From Octopus vulgaris (Eukaryota): DNA of 64,000 nt. Location of the stretch: the NCBI GenBank assembly GCA_951406725.2, contig OX597821.1, positions 10,726,001 through 10,790,000 on the forward strand, given 5' to 3'. The position numbers and the translations under genes are program-made. The notes beneath the pieces were generated by a model. That model was not told where the DNA came from. It did no database searches and was given only the letters and a program-made list of their open reading frames with translations. Within the stretch, counting starts at the first letter, position 1; the number at the start of each line of letters is the position of its first letter. Below, one piece after another: positions 28,881 through 45,725 of the stretch.

Positions 28881-31800
28881 TTGTAATTAGCTTTCATTTT
28901 TTACTCTTTTATTTATTAGTGGTGTTAATATTTCTTTGCTGTTGTTGATACCGTTGCTGATGTCGTTGTTGCCATTACTAATATTATTGTTTCAATCACA
29001 TTATAAATAAGGGAAAACAGATTAGATGAAATATACAAGGAAGCATTCTGCATGCCAAGCAGCATTCGGTAGGGTATTACCTATGCAATATATATAGAAA
29101 CGCTAGCTGAGCTTAAATTTCCAATTAGAGAACCTTTGGAACTCTAAATGTAGCAGTAGTAACAATCACATGACGTATACCCCTTTTGGCCGGCCTTACT
29201 ATCATTTCGTCCCAGGTGGACTGCACTGTAGCCGAACTTGAACAAAATGCATTTCAGTTGTAGCTAACTAATATGCTATGCTGGTGTAACATGTAATCGA
29301 TTATATTTTTCAGACTGTTTCTCAAATTAGAAGTTTTTATCTTAGGAATATTTCACTGCTCTTGTAGACTAAACACATAGTCTCTCGTTGTGGTTCTTTT
29401 TAACATGGACGACATGCCACAGAAGGAAAAATGTATATTAAATAAATGGCCTCTAGAAATAATTGATGATTATTCTACTGATCGCGGCTCGATAGACGCA
29501 AAATAAATCTTATAAAAGAAAGATTTTCGTCTAGGTACTTCCATCTAATATTAAGTTGTTGGGTGACAAGAAGATATCGACCTTGACATGGGATTGCTGT
29601 GTTCGTCCCAATAGCGGCTAACACAAACGAATGAAAACCCTAGCAAAAATACTATTCTGACTATTATAAATCCTATAATACTTCTCTGTATTCTGACAAA
29701 CTTTTAAGAATAAAACGCATGGTAAAATTAACAGCTGTAAGATTTAACCCCAGCAGTTCAATTATGGAATCAAAATACTGGAATATATTTCTTCTATCAC
29801 TTCCAAGCCATGACTCTAAATTGATGCTATCAAAATAACTTCTGGAATCTATTGTTCAAATCCCATGTCCCTACATACAGGTTCATAAAAACAAAATCTA
29901 TTTCTTGCTACAGTTTGATGGCAATGTATGACAACTTATTCCCGTTTATATATAAAGCAAACTAATATTAAATGATATCTCATGAGTATATTGAAGAAGA
30001 ATGCATAGTTTTAGATCAGAGATGACAGGTAAATTTGTTGGACATTTATAACACGTTACGTAAAAATTTTGTGCAAATGTAATTTCCGCGTGTTTATTTT
30101 CACTATTTTTTTTTACATTGCAATTCATTATATTGACATATATGTTGTTTACTGTCCTTCTTCCTCCCTCTTACTTTCCCAATATATCTCCCTTGCTCTT
30201 TCGTTACTTATATACGTGTGTAAGTGTGATTGTGTATCTTATAATATCTATGTATATAATTATCTATGTGTGTATGCATACATGTATGTATGTTGATGTA
30301 TCCAAAAATGTTAGCATCACCTTCTCATGAGTTACCGGTAAGCTGTTTCTAGAATTCACAAAATTGTAATTACATCTTCAGTAATTTTATAAACTTCATT
30401 TGTGGCCAGCTATAGTTGCATGGGGAACTTGGAATTATGCCATTTTTTATCATCAAGAACATATTTACTCAAGCAATTTCATTGGCATATAGAAAAAATA
30501 GATAAAATCAAGCTTTGGCGCATTTGAGTGTTGTTTCAAATGAACTTATACAACATCAAGATATTCTCTCTGATATGGGTGAGTTGAAATTTTACATTTT
30601 CATTCTTCTTAGTTTCAACCTGAATAGGAGACATGTCCATCACGCTGTTCTATGCAATGTAATACAATCTCCAAGGCATCAGATTATTTCTTTATACAAC
30701 AATTCTTTTTCATCTGCAAATACAGCTGATTCACAGACCAGAAAAGTACTCGAATTTTAAGACTGAATATAATGTGAAACATTGCTTCCTACAAACAAGA
30801 GTTATTGGAGAGAGCATCTCCACACACATCATTCATAAATAAGTTAATATATGCCATGTGGTAGAAAAGGTGTCAAGAACCTACATGGAAAACCGAGTTA
30901 CAATTACTGGTATATATCATCTCTTATGATACCAAGAAAAAATTTCCTCTCTTAAAAAAATGCATCTATTCGCTTTTCAGTGAACTGGAAATGATCACTT
31001 CTTACATTTAATGCGTAGTCTCAATGAACAGAACATCGAGATCCAGACACCGATTTAGATAATGTCATGGATTGTATAATGAGACAAACAGTCTTTCTTG
31101 CTGACTGAACATTTACGAAGATGATATCTATGGCAGAAGGCGCCAACGGAATAAATTTTGTTATAAGTATTGTGTATCTAATTCTCTTTCCCTCCCATTC
31201 TTACTCTCTCTCTCTCTCTCTGTGTTTCTCTCTCTCTCTGTTTATCTCTCTCCCTCCCTCTCGTTCCCTCTATCTCTCTATCCATCTGTCTATATCTATA
31301 TCAAATCTGCGTGTATATGTACGTGTATATGTGCAATATGAATTTAAGCTTGTGTGCGTAGCATTCTACACGAAAGTTGCAGAATATTATCACCTCATAT
31401 TAATATTCAAAAACTGTATATCTTGCACCTGATGGCGCACATAACGCAACAATAGGCAGAGTAACTAAATATAGATTTGGAAAATAATCCAAGTTTTTAG
31501 TTAACACGTGAATCATAGCAGTCCGTTTTCCATTAACACAACACATTCGACAGTCTTAAAAACCGAAAAGCGTCACTGAACGTAGTGAGCGGCCGTTTAA
31601 CGTATTTAAAACGTATTATCAAGGCTGCTTTGTGGTTCAATTTGACGAAAAGCAAGAATGACAAAACTAAATTTGCATAGCATATCGTTATGTGTTCAAC
31701 CAATTTTTAGATGTCGATATAGAAATTACAAACAGCCCCTATCAGCAGTATACATTAAATCATTAATACATGCATAGAAATAGTGACAGGCTACATAAAT

Positions 31801-32039
31801 ATGGAATGTGCTGTGGAGAAGGTGCATACATATGATTTGCGAAATATTTTTACACATGCTATTTGTGCATTCATTCTTATAGTGATGAAGTGTCATAGCC
31901 TTCACAAAATCGCTATACAAAATGCATGTATATACACATAATCACACACACATGTATATGCACATACGAATACGCTTATATAATATAATTACATTTATTC
32001 ACTTCAAACCAGTAGCAAACAAACGCATATATATATAGC

Positions 32040-32170
32040 TTTATATCTTGTTCGTGTTTTGTTACTATTTGTATTAGTTTTGCTTGCTTCTGAAGTAGGG
32101 TTTCCTGTAGTCCTATACTGGTTATTTTGTAGTAGTATTCTAGCTGTATAAGCTCTACCACCCTCGAAAT
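32040..32170 (-). mobile_element. Internal fragment of subfamily B RLE LINE
   Basis: LIQLEYYYKITSIGLQETLLQKQAKLIQIVTKHEQ, homologous to 25380-25500. Confidence 0.8.
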
Positions 32171-32193
32171 ATCATCATCATCATCATCATCTA

Positions 32194-32224
<31 letters not shown>

Positions 32225-32257
32225 GTCATCATCCTCATCTTCATCATCTTCATCATC

Positions 32258-32304
<47 letters not shown>

Positions 32305-32327
32305 TATTATTATTATTATAGTAGTAT

Positions 32328-32740
32328 AGGCGCAGGAGTGGCTGTGTGGTAAGTAGCTTGTTAACCAACCACATGGTTCCGGGTTCAGTCCCACTACGTG
32401 GCATCTTGGGTAAGTGTCTTCTGCTATAGCCTCGGGCCGACCAATGCCTTGTGACTGGATTTGGTAGACGGAAACTGAAAGATGGCTGTCGTATATATGT
32501 ATATATATGTATGTGTATATGTTTGTGTGTTTGTGTTTGTACCCCTAGCATTACTTGACAACCGATACTGGTATGTTTACGTCCCCGTCACATAGCGGTT
32601 CGGCAAAAGAGACCGATAGAATAAGTACTGGGCTTATAAAGAATAAGTCCCGGGGTTGATTTGCTCGACTAAAGGCGGTGCTCCAGCATGGCCGGAGTCA
32701 AATGACTGAAACAAGTAAAAGAGTAAAAGAGTAAGAGAGT
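32328..32740 (+). mobile_element. SINE family A, full length
   Basis: aggcgcaggagtggctgtgtggtaag head, B box ggttcagtccc, tail (aaagagt)n; flanked by trinucleotide tracts. Confidence 0.92.
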
Positions 32741-32954
32741 ATTATTAGTATTAGTATCAGTAGTATTATTATCATTATTATTATTAGTAGTAGTAGTAGT
32801 ATTACTAGTATTAGTATTAGTATTAGTAGTAGTATTAGTAGTATTAATATTATTAGTATTGTTATTACTATTATTATTATTATTGTTACTATTATTATTA
32901 TTATTATTGTTGTTGTTGTTCTTGCCGCTGTTTTTGTTGTTGAAGTTGTTATCA

Positions 32955-33460
32955 AGTTAGAGAGCGATGCATGCCATCAAAGTGAATTTGGAGTAAAATA
33001 TAGACATCTGCCTTATATGGGTACACTGGGTACAGCATTACAAACATATTTGCGCGACATGGTGATATCATATCAAAATAAAAAGCACATAACCTTGCAG
33101 GTGGGGCCCAGTTAGTATTTTCTTCAGGTGGAGTATCCCGTCCCACTCAATACCTCCCTGAAAATAAGCGTTGCTTCAGGAATGTGAACGAAACACACGT
33201 TTCCAAAGGCGAATTATTCAAACTGCAAAGAATTCCTTCCAACACATGGCTATGATGCTACCCACTACTTCTGCTCGTGATCACAGATGCACATATCGTT
33301 AGTCACTAAGGGACATGCTCAACTAAGTAAAGTCAAGCAACGGACATGCAAATCTGTGATATCGAGCAGAATGTTTATTGTAGCCCATCATTTTTTACCA
33401 ACATAAAGCATTTACATGATAATACTTCCAATCAGTTTCTGATATTACATCAAGACATTA
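32955..33460 (-). mobile_element. Non-coding interspersed repeat (family X; SINE body or LINE 3'UTR)
   Basis: Homologous to 20759-21011; minus-strand 3' end runs into (AAC/AAT)n. Confidence 0.6.
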
Positions 33461-33470
33461 ATTATTATTA

Positions 33471-36495
<3,025 letters not shown>

Positions 36496-36504
36496 ATTAA
36501 ACTG

Positions 36505-36682
36505 GGAACTGATCTGGCAGAATTGTTTGCAAGCCAGACTAATGACGTGGCTTCATGTTCTGTGACCAAATGTCACTGATGCCGACTTTGTTTATATCTA
36601 TTGTTGGCACAGAACTGGCGTCGATGTAAATCGACTATTCCTATCCCCAAAAATTTGAGGCCTTGTGCTACCAGTAGAAAGG
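36505..36682 (+). mobile_element. Degraded SINE family C
   Basis: gatctggcagaattgtttgc head; ctggcgtcgatgtaaatcgact...ggccttgtgctaccagtagaaagg tail followed by (att)n. Confidence 0.5.
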
Positions 36683-37909
36683 ATTATTATTATTATTATC
36701 GTTTCTGTTTTTGTCGATGGTGGTGGCAGTTCCAGTATCATTCAAAATGCCTGGAGTTATTTACTTTAGGACTATTATTTGTGAAACATTTAGATTACAA
36801 CACGCAACTGCTAACATTATACAGATGGAATAAATAATTTGTCGCCATTATTTGAGGCTGGTAATTTTGATGATCTTTTGACAGCATGAATTATCAGTTA
36901 ACAACATTTAGTAGAGTAAGCTCTTCATTTCATATTTATAAGGAAAATCTTCTCGAAGGAAGCTAAGATGGAACGTTGAAAGTATGCCACATTTTCTCCT
37001 AATAAAAATTTAGATACACACACACGCATACACTTACTTAAGAAACCGCTCAGTTGTTACAAGGAGAATGCTCTTAATGCTGCATCTTACATATATCAAA
37101 GTCCATACTTTGTCATTCAAACCCTGTCAGTTATTTTCATATAATCTAATGACTTCTATGTAAAATATGCTTCGTTTAAGAGTTCCAGTCATTGAAAAAC
37201 ATGTTTGTTGCTTACACCAGATGGCCGTAAGCTGGATATCTATCCCTGTCTACATCACCTATAGTTTTCAAAAACTCAATAAGATGACTTGTGATTAATC
37301 ATCTGTCTTTGATATTGAATATACTGGAAAGTAAAATTTGCCTATTAATTGTGTGGGTAATCGTAATCCTAGCTAATCCGAGACAATCAGCTTATTATGG
37401 TGCATAAACAACGAAGATTTTGTTTGCGATCATTCACGTGTTAGTATAGCTTGGTAACATATACACTATTTTTTGTTAATTGATATCACGACACATATAG
37501 GAAGTGGCAGTTGAAGGAACAGAGAGCAGCATTAGCACTTGTGGTACTCATTTATATATAAGTAGACTCGAAATGAAGTATCATATTCGACGACACAGTA
37601 CTCTGCCTCCTACGAATACAAAACCCAGAACTTTATGAACGTGTGACAAAGGACTCTTATACCTAAGCCAAACTTCAACAAACTTCTTTAACTTTCTTTA
37701 GAAAGTCCCCTTGGGGGAATCTACCGTCAGGTTTATTGTGGATAGTTATGGTCAAATTCACTATATTCTCTCTCTACCTCTAAACATATCAACTTAGACA
37801 CTGATCACTTATAAAGATTGCCAACTGAGAAAATGTGTTCCTTTTCTTTTGCAGTATTGTTTGCTAACTTTATGTCACTGATTTCTTTTGTTTTCCTTTT
37901 CCTTTTCAG

Positions 37910-38010
37910 AATATTCAAAGAATCAAACTTTAGTTCTGAATCAGCAAATTGCATTGATTTCTAAGCCTCTATTCCAGCAGTATTTACCAAAAAAATACTT
38001 GAACAAACAC
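37910..38010 (+). other. Candidate isolated exon (101 nt)
   Basis: Branch-like gctaac (37863), long polypyrimidine tract, cag acceptor, cac|gtaagc donor; one open frame YSKNQTLVLNQQIALISKPLFQQYLPKKYLNKH. Confidence 0.45.
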
Positions 38011-38395
38011 GTAAGCAAACATTTATTTCTTTTAATTTTCATCTCTTAATTCTAAACGATGTTCTCTTATAATGGAAGTCAAGTGAACAAGAAAGAGCTT
38101 CACAAAATATGAATTACTTGCACAACTATTTCAAAAGTAATCGTCATGCATGTGAATAACTTATTTAAATGGATAAATGCTGAGGTAAAAAAAAAGCTAA
38201 TAGAAACATTGATGGCTGCATAAACGCATGGTTCCTCGTCCTATTAGCATTCCATTTTACATAGAATATTGGTTACTTTTTTGTATTGTGAATATCTCCT
38301 CAAACAGCACGAACAGTTTCTGCATTGTTTGTTGAGAAAGTGAAATCCTTCAAAAATTATTCTCGATCGCATCTCCCTTCATATTAATAAATTGT

Positions 38396-38492
<97 letters not shown>

Positions 38493-38750
38493 ATATGTTA
38501 TATGGATTCATAAGTATCAAGGCACATCAACTCGTAGGGACATCAGAAAATGAAATAGACAGCGCTGAAATACCAAGCCTTTGTGGGATGCCGTAGATAT
38601 TCAGGCACCAAATACGGTTTAAAACATAGATCCGACTCAGAGGTACCTCGTGTGATATACACGCCCACTCTGTTTACTTTATATATACATTCATATATGC
38701 ATACATTCGCACGTTCACGCACCCACGCATACACACACACACACACACAA

Positions 38751-38832
<82 letters not shown>

Positions 38833-41109
38833 ATACTAGCGTTTAATCATTGCAAATGGATGTGGTTGATTCAGAATGTCCAAATAAAGTATCGATGTGA
38901 GAGAAACTGCGCATTGGGAAACTGATATTTAATTTCAGTCCCTTTGTTTCAACACGAACTCAATCTATACAAACCACCAAATCCATTGTTACCAGCTTCT
39001 TAGTATCACCGTAACCCAAAGAATGGACGCAATAAGAGATTAAATGGATATATTTCTGAATTTTAAAGATGAATAGAATCAATGAATAAGAAGAAGCACT
39101 CAAATTGTTTAAGAATATAAAGGTCATATCATGATTGTTCTGATGAAGTGACTAGGTACTAGAGCCCTACTTTAATACCCTTGCTCAATTAATTGTCGTC
39201 ATTAATACGACTTTCATTTATGTCGATTGGTGCGAGTCAAAAGCGTGACTCTGCTTTCAGTCTGTCGGATGTGTGATGATATTCTTGTTATGTGGTTAGT
39301 TGCTGTTCAATAATCACAATTTATATTATGTTGGACGCAAATATATCGATTCATTATAATATTCGCGTGTCCCTATAAGAACACACAAAATAAACCAATT
39401 ATTTAATTTATTATTATATCTGTCAATTTGTTTTTTAAAATTACACTTTAAGTGAGAATAATGTTTTTTGGAATTAGCAACATCATTATGAATAATTTCG
39501 CGGTTTAGTGGAATACATCTCGCTAGAGACATCATAGAAGGCATTCATTTACCATAAATGTTAGGCACTTCCTCATTTCTGGTTGAAAATACAAGCAATC
39601 AAATTTATGTAAGGTAATTTATTTCAGGACATTGTTCATTTAAAACTATATTATTAAGAATATCGTTTTCCCTTTAATACGAGAAAGAGTGATTTGGCTC
39701 CTATTTCTACGAAATTGGCGGCTAAACACATACCCGTGCATTATTTTGACTTTAAATCGTATTCTTGCACGATCCAGAATTCTTGTATGACCAACGGAGG
39801 TTTTCATTTTCGGGACCTTAAGTCTGACTATTATATGGGTCTTATTTTATTTTATATCCCTTATTAGAGAATCGTATAAAGTAAGTTGATGCTTTAGAAT
39901 TATATTGCATAGCATAACACTACGCACATACAGAAGTGGCATAAAATGTGAATTATATTCCACATAGAAGACGTTTTGATATTTTATAAATTCATTAAAG
40001 GATCCTCACTTAATCTGAAAAAGAAGCACCGCACGCGTGACCTGCTTGGCGGATACTTGAAACCCCAAATTATAAAAAAAAAAACATGAAGGAACTGGAA
40101 AGTTGGAAACAAAATACAGGTATGTCCGTAACCAGTTGGTGATGTTAAACCAAAGTTCACATTAAATCTACCGCCTTGAAATATGTACGGTTAGCTTTGA
40201 TTCAACTCTCTATATTTAGTCGATTTCAACAGTATACCTAGATTCGACCCAAAGTAATGATGGAACTCATTTTCTAGTGCATCACTCAGATAAAATGTTA
40301 GCCACGTGATGGTGAAGAAAACTTGTTAACCATTGTCTTGCTCCTAGTGTACATGGTATTACATTACAGCCAACGCCGACTTCAGTATACTAGTAGTTGA
40401 TGAGAGCAAAATGTTTCGATAAGTACAGTTCCGAAAATGAATCGTTCAAAAATATTCATAACTTGTTGAAATCATACATGGTCTCAACCTAATATTCTGC
40501 TGTCATTGATTCTATGTAGAATGTGGCCTGAAATACGACATACTCGGTACTTTTAATTGCTGTGTTAGAGGATGAATGTCAGCTTCTCTAGAAAATTATA
40601 CTGGAATATTAACGGTGAAGTCTGTTATGTTGAACATAGTTACTTATATTGGATTAAGAATTATACATTGTTATGCTTATATTTAATTTTCTTATGAGCA
40701 GTACGGTAGGTAGTGACGTTTGTTAAAAATTTTAATAGAATGCTTCAGACTATATTCTTTCTGCTTTTCTAAAGTCTTAGGAAAATGACACCGTGCCTAA
40801 CTTTGAATTTCATCCCATCGGTATTGATAACGAAATACCAGAAAAAAAAAAAAACAGGATGTGACTAGTGAAACATTGAATATGACGGGCGAGATGCTTT
40901 AACATATTTATTTATCTTGTCAGCCACAAGTCGGTTGGTAATCATTTACAGCGCCATAAAGTGCTCTCATGTGAATTAGAATACCTTGCCGGTTCAGAAA
41001 TTAGATTTATTGTAAAATCTAAATTCTCATCTCTGAAAGTGATGTGAACTTTCTTAATAGTTGAATGTTACTTCATCTAATGGATTTTACAGAAATATAT
41101 TGTTTACAG

Positions 41110-41168
<59 letters not shown>

Positions 41169-41198
41169 TATATATCGATACCCTTTGATATTGCTTAC

Positions 41199-41236
<38 letters not shown>

Positions 41237-41238
<2 letters not shown>

Positions 41239-42103
41239 ACCCTTTGATTCATGCCACCCACGACACACTAGAATAAATGTCCCTTTTTGTTTAGCTAGAA
41301 GGATTTGCACCATAATATCAGACACAAACACCCGACACACACGTCTCCAGGAACTTAGAACCACACTCACAAATAGAAACTATCCACAGCCCCTAATAGA
41401 CAGTGCAATCCAAAGGGCACTCAAATTAAGTATAGAAGACCTGAGATAAATAAAACCAAAAAAGAAAGAACAATTAAAAACCCTTCCCTACATCTCTACA
41501 CACAATCCACTCAACAATGAGGCCTTCAGCATCATACTACAAAGCACAGCCCTGCTAAAGGGAGACCCAAAGATGAACCGGATCCTCGAAACACACACCA
41601 TCATTAAAAGTAAACGGCAACCAAAATCCTTGAAAAGGATTTTAACCCAAGCTAAATTGCACTCAACATCAACCACAAAACCAGCAGTTAGAAAATGTGG
41701 AAGGCCCAACTGCGGAATCTGTGTCATCTTGGTAGAAGGTTCAGAATTTTTACTAGAACAAGGCCATCAGTTCACCATTAGAGCAAACTTCACCTGCGCA
41801 TCAGAAAACTTAATTTACGTCTTAACATGCGCAGGCTGCAATAGGCAGTATATAGGCCATACAAAAAATAGCTTACGTAACAGGATTGCGGTGCATAAAT
41901 CACAAATTAGAAACCCTGAATACCGGAAAATACCGGTCAGCGGACACATAGATAGATGTGCTGCAAATGTAAATCCGAAATTTACAACTTACCCACTTTA
42001 TAAATTCAGTGACAGCGTAACCTTCACGCAACGCCAAAATAAAGAACTTTATTTCATTAAAAAATTTGGACCAAGTTTGAACACCCTGGGCCAGGAATAT
42101 TAA
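41237..42103 (+). mobile_element. Penelope-like element (Neptune-type): RT thumb, Cys linker, GIY-YIG endonuclease; 5'-truncated
   Basis: [32 protein letters not shown], one in-frame stop near 41447, then CGRPNCGIC and NLIYVLTCAGCNRQYIGHTKNSLRNRIAVHK...KELYFIKKF.PSLN. Confidence 0.92.
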
Positions 42104-42342
42104 AACAAAACATTGGTCCTCCGAAAAAGAAAAACGAAATTCTACCACAACCACTACGACTGCCCCAACTCGCACTACTACTACAACCACAGTGGTCACT
42201 GTTGCTACGGCCACAGTGAGAGAATTATAATAATGGAGGTGGGGCGAATTACAATTTCTCAGATCCTTAAACAGTCACTCACGCTGACAGTGATATGTCT
42301 TAGGGAAGGAAAAATTTATAAAAAGGTCTCTTTCTCTGCGAG

Positions 42343-42531
42343 CAGATCAAATCCTGATTCGTCAAAACGTCTTTCTTCCGTGGTCAAACTACTCGTTCTG
42401 CTGGACTAGCCACCTAACAGGATACAGTCATGGGTCAGATCTAATTTCGATTCGTCAATCAAATGATGACGTGTTTCTTCCGTGGCCAAACTGTCGTTCC
42501 GCTTGGTTGGTTTCCTAACAGGATACAGTTA
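42343..42531 (+). repeat. Two diverged ~90-bp tandem units downstream of the PLE ORF
   Basis: cagatc..gattcgtcaa..tttcttccgtgg.caaact..cctaacaggatacagt at 42343-42430 and 42436-42531. Confidence 0.8.
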
Positions 42532-42986
42532 GGAGTCTTTTCACTATATTCGTTGAGACTGGGTTTTGATTGGTTTGGAACAATATGACGTCAGTGAACA
42601 GTGCAAGTGACCACAGCTTAGCTGAGCTGATAGAAATCCAACAATCACAAAATTTACCAAAATTATGCGAGCAGACACCGACCAAAAATCATTACTGTTG
42701 CTCCCATTGGAACACAAGGTAAAATCTAAAATGAACTCCTCGCCTTTTCAAGAACATGAATTTTTTTTATTTGACTCTATTGAATGTATGTCACAATTAT
42801 GAACTATTACATCATACTCTTTAAACATATAGCATGGACTCTCTTTATTATATATAAAAAACATTTTTTTGATAAGTTTCGTCATTTCAAGAACCGAAAC
42901 ATATTAAATTAAAATTTGTCTAATATAGCAGCATATACAAACTTCATTTTTTACAAATATATACCCACTCGTATACGAGCTAATCT

Positions 42987-43020
<34 letters not shown>

Positions 43021-43105
43021 CTTCCATTTTCCTGAGCGCCTAATAATAATAATACTGTAATTGTTCCACGTGTTGTTGTTTTTTTCTGATTTCCCGTTTG
43101 GATTA

Positions 43106-43170
<65 letters not shown>

Positions 43171-43174
<4 letters not shown>

Positions 43175-43355
43175 GATCGTTAGCTCCAACACGTATTTTA
43201 TTTCCTCCTTGTTTTTCTCTTTGTATCTTTCTGTCGAAGAGCGTAGGCTCGAAATGTAAAAGACTTTTTCTATTCCTGTGCGCTATACTAATACATGTGT
43301 TTCTTTGTACTCCACCTGCCTTCGTATTTTGTTTATTTTCGTAAACTTTCCCTTT
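43171..43355 (+). mobile_element. pLTR-like repeat with hammerhead-like motif, embedded in (TA)n
   Basis: tcttt-ctgtcgaaga-gcgtaggctc-gaaa-tgt-a-aaaga; homologous to 7040-7148. Confidence 0.5.
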
Positions 43356-45473
43356 ATATATATATATATATATATGTATATCTGTAATCAGTACTACAAC
43401 ATTGATTTTATTATAAATGGATGTACTAGGAAAACGCGCGTCTTGCATTACATATTCTGGCTGACTCTGCTTCAGTCCAAAAATTTTACTCAACCAATTT
43501 TCATTTGTAAGTGGTGTATATTTTCAGAAAATAAAGCGTCAAATATGATGCCTTGGTGGTGGGTTGTCCCCACTATTTCTGTTCTGATGGAAACTGTTCG
43601 AAAGTTCGGGTACGAAACTCTATCAGCCCTTAATGTCACTGGGGACAGCGTATCTGACGAGGAGTGGTGAGATTTGCATGCACAGAAAACGTGCAGAGAA
43701 ACAGAGCTGGTGTTTTTTTATATTGCAAAATAAAACTTGCAATGTTCTATGAGTTAATGAGATTGTGTACAGGCAAATCTATAATCACGTATGATATAAG
43801 GATAACCCAGAACGAGGCATTAAATTATTATATCAGTGATGCTGATTTTTAGCCCTAAATTAGTACTAAGCAAACACGCCAAATATAAAACGATATGTTT
43901 ATTAGCATCTCGTTTTATATATCTAAAACTAAACTACCAAATGTATTCTTATCTTTGGAGATTTATGATATAATTGAGAGAAATTTCCCTGCTATTTCTA
44001 GTTGGATGAAATGCTCGTATGCGGCCCATTTACTCAGAAGTATTCTTGCTATAATGAACTTCCATAATCGCCATAGCTGACTCACAGCTTAAACGTAATT
44101 ATTGCATTCAAAATTCATAATTAGTGAGGAATCTCTTATAATCTATGAATATGTAAATGTAATAGCTTTAACGTAAAAGGTTTATTGCCATTTGTTATTT
44201 AAATCTAGACTAAATTTGTAAAAATTGATGGAGTGGGAGCTATTGATGTGATAACTGACTTATCTTGTACTTTCTATTAATTTGATCGATCGGCGTTATT
44301 CTGATGTCCATCAATTGGTATCTCATTATATACGCACTGTATACAAGATTATCATTAAAGCTGTACCTTATGATCCATGCATACATCGACAGCAATTGTC
44401 CGCGACGCATTGTAATGAATAATTATACATTACCACAAGAAATACTTCTTAATCGTTCTAGATTTCTATTTCTTAAAACCAATGTTTAGATTATGATTAA
44501 AGTATATTTACCTATCTACCTACCCATCTATCTCACCATTTCAATCTTATTATGTATATATCGACATATGTATCTTACTTTCTTCTCTATTAGCAGTAAT
44601 TCATGCATTTATGCATACCTCCAGAACTTTTAACATATGAAATTTGTATGCAAACAGCGATCTTGAACTGATAACTTATTAACTAAAATTATAAAAATGT
44701 CTATGGTCTCCAATCCTCTTCGTAATTGCTTATTATGCTTGAAATAGTAACGAAAATAGTAACGAAATCTTTATTCATATCGTTCAAACGTCTAAATATA
44801 AGAAGGTAGACACTGTATAATATGGTCTTAGATACACTATAAAGACCAAATAGACATATATGTGGCCGGAATGCCTTTACTTGTGGGTAGACACCAGGAC
44901 AACAGAGGCTGGGGATTAAATAAGGCAAAAATGAAACCGACGGATAAAATTCCCAGGAATCGAATACACTTTTACTGGGGCTTAAGACATAATCTTATAA
45001 GAGAACATTTGGTCATATGTGGAAATAAGAAAAACGAAACTGAAATGTTAAGTTGTAATGCAGTTCGAAGGTCTTAGATTTGAAAGATGGCTGCATTCGA
45101 TAGCAGCAGGTTTCTGTTTGATGGTATCTTGTGCATTATCGATATCCGAAATGGTGAAGGGCCGAACGCATATCTGTGGAGTTTAGCCCAAACACAAAAG
45201 AATCGCAATAAAATAATACAAAATATTGTATTCGACGCTAACCTTCTGCACGTTCACCATTTCTTCCAAAACTGGAATACGAGAAGAAACGATTGGCAGA
45301 ATTATTTCTAATATCCCTGGTATTATATTTACAAAGAGGTAGGATGAATTGTAGCAATTATTTGCTGCACAAACTGCTTTGATATCCATATATAATCACA
45401 GATCACGAGCAACTGCGAGGAAAAATTTAGTCTATCATATATTATAGTCAGGCAGATACTCGTCTCCACTTAT

Positions 45474-45725
45474 TGTAGCAGCGCCACTATTTATGATGAT
45501 ACTTGTTTAAACTATAACCGTGTAGTAACAATAAAACGTATAGCAAAGTAGGCTGACAATAACGTAACAATCCAACAAACTCTCTACCAACTATACACGA
45601 ACCAACAAGCAATATTCCGACAACTACAAAAACACCTTACGGTTTCCTACAATTCACGCCGTCGCTCTCCGTCACTTACTCAGAACGCGACTATTTATAG
45701 TCGTTCGGTCAAATCTATTCCCACA
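45474..45725 (-). mobile_element. LTR (~252 bp) followed by a primer-binding site
   Basis: Minus strand starts TGTGGG, contains TATAAATA, ends ...GCTACA, then ataag-TGGAGACGAG (45468-45459), a Gypsy-like PBS. Confidence 0.65.

Noticed and set aside
29100-31150. Possible transposase remnant or exons (gtgagt donor near 30579)
   Set aside because: No sustained open frame or identifiable motif.
31976-32551. 191-aa ORF with poly-D
   Set aside because: Chance read-through of SINE antisense, (GAT)n and a LINE fragment.
42343-42531. CRISPR-like repeat-spacer array
   Set aside because: Only two diverged units, eukaryotic context, no cas genes.
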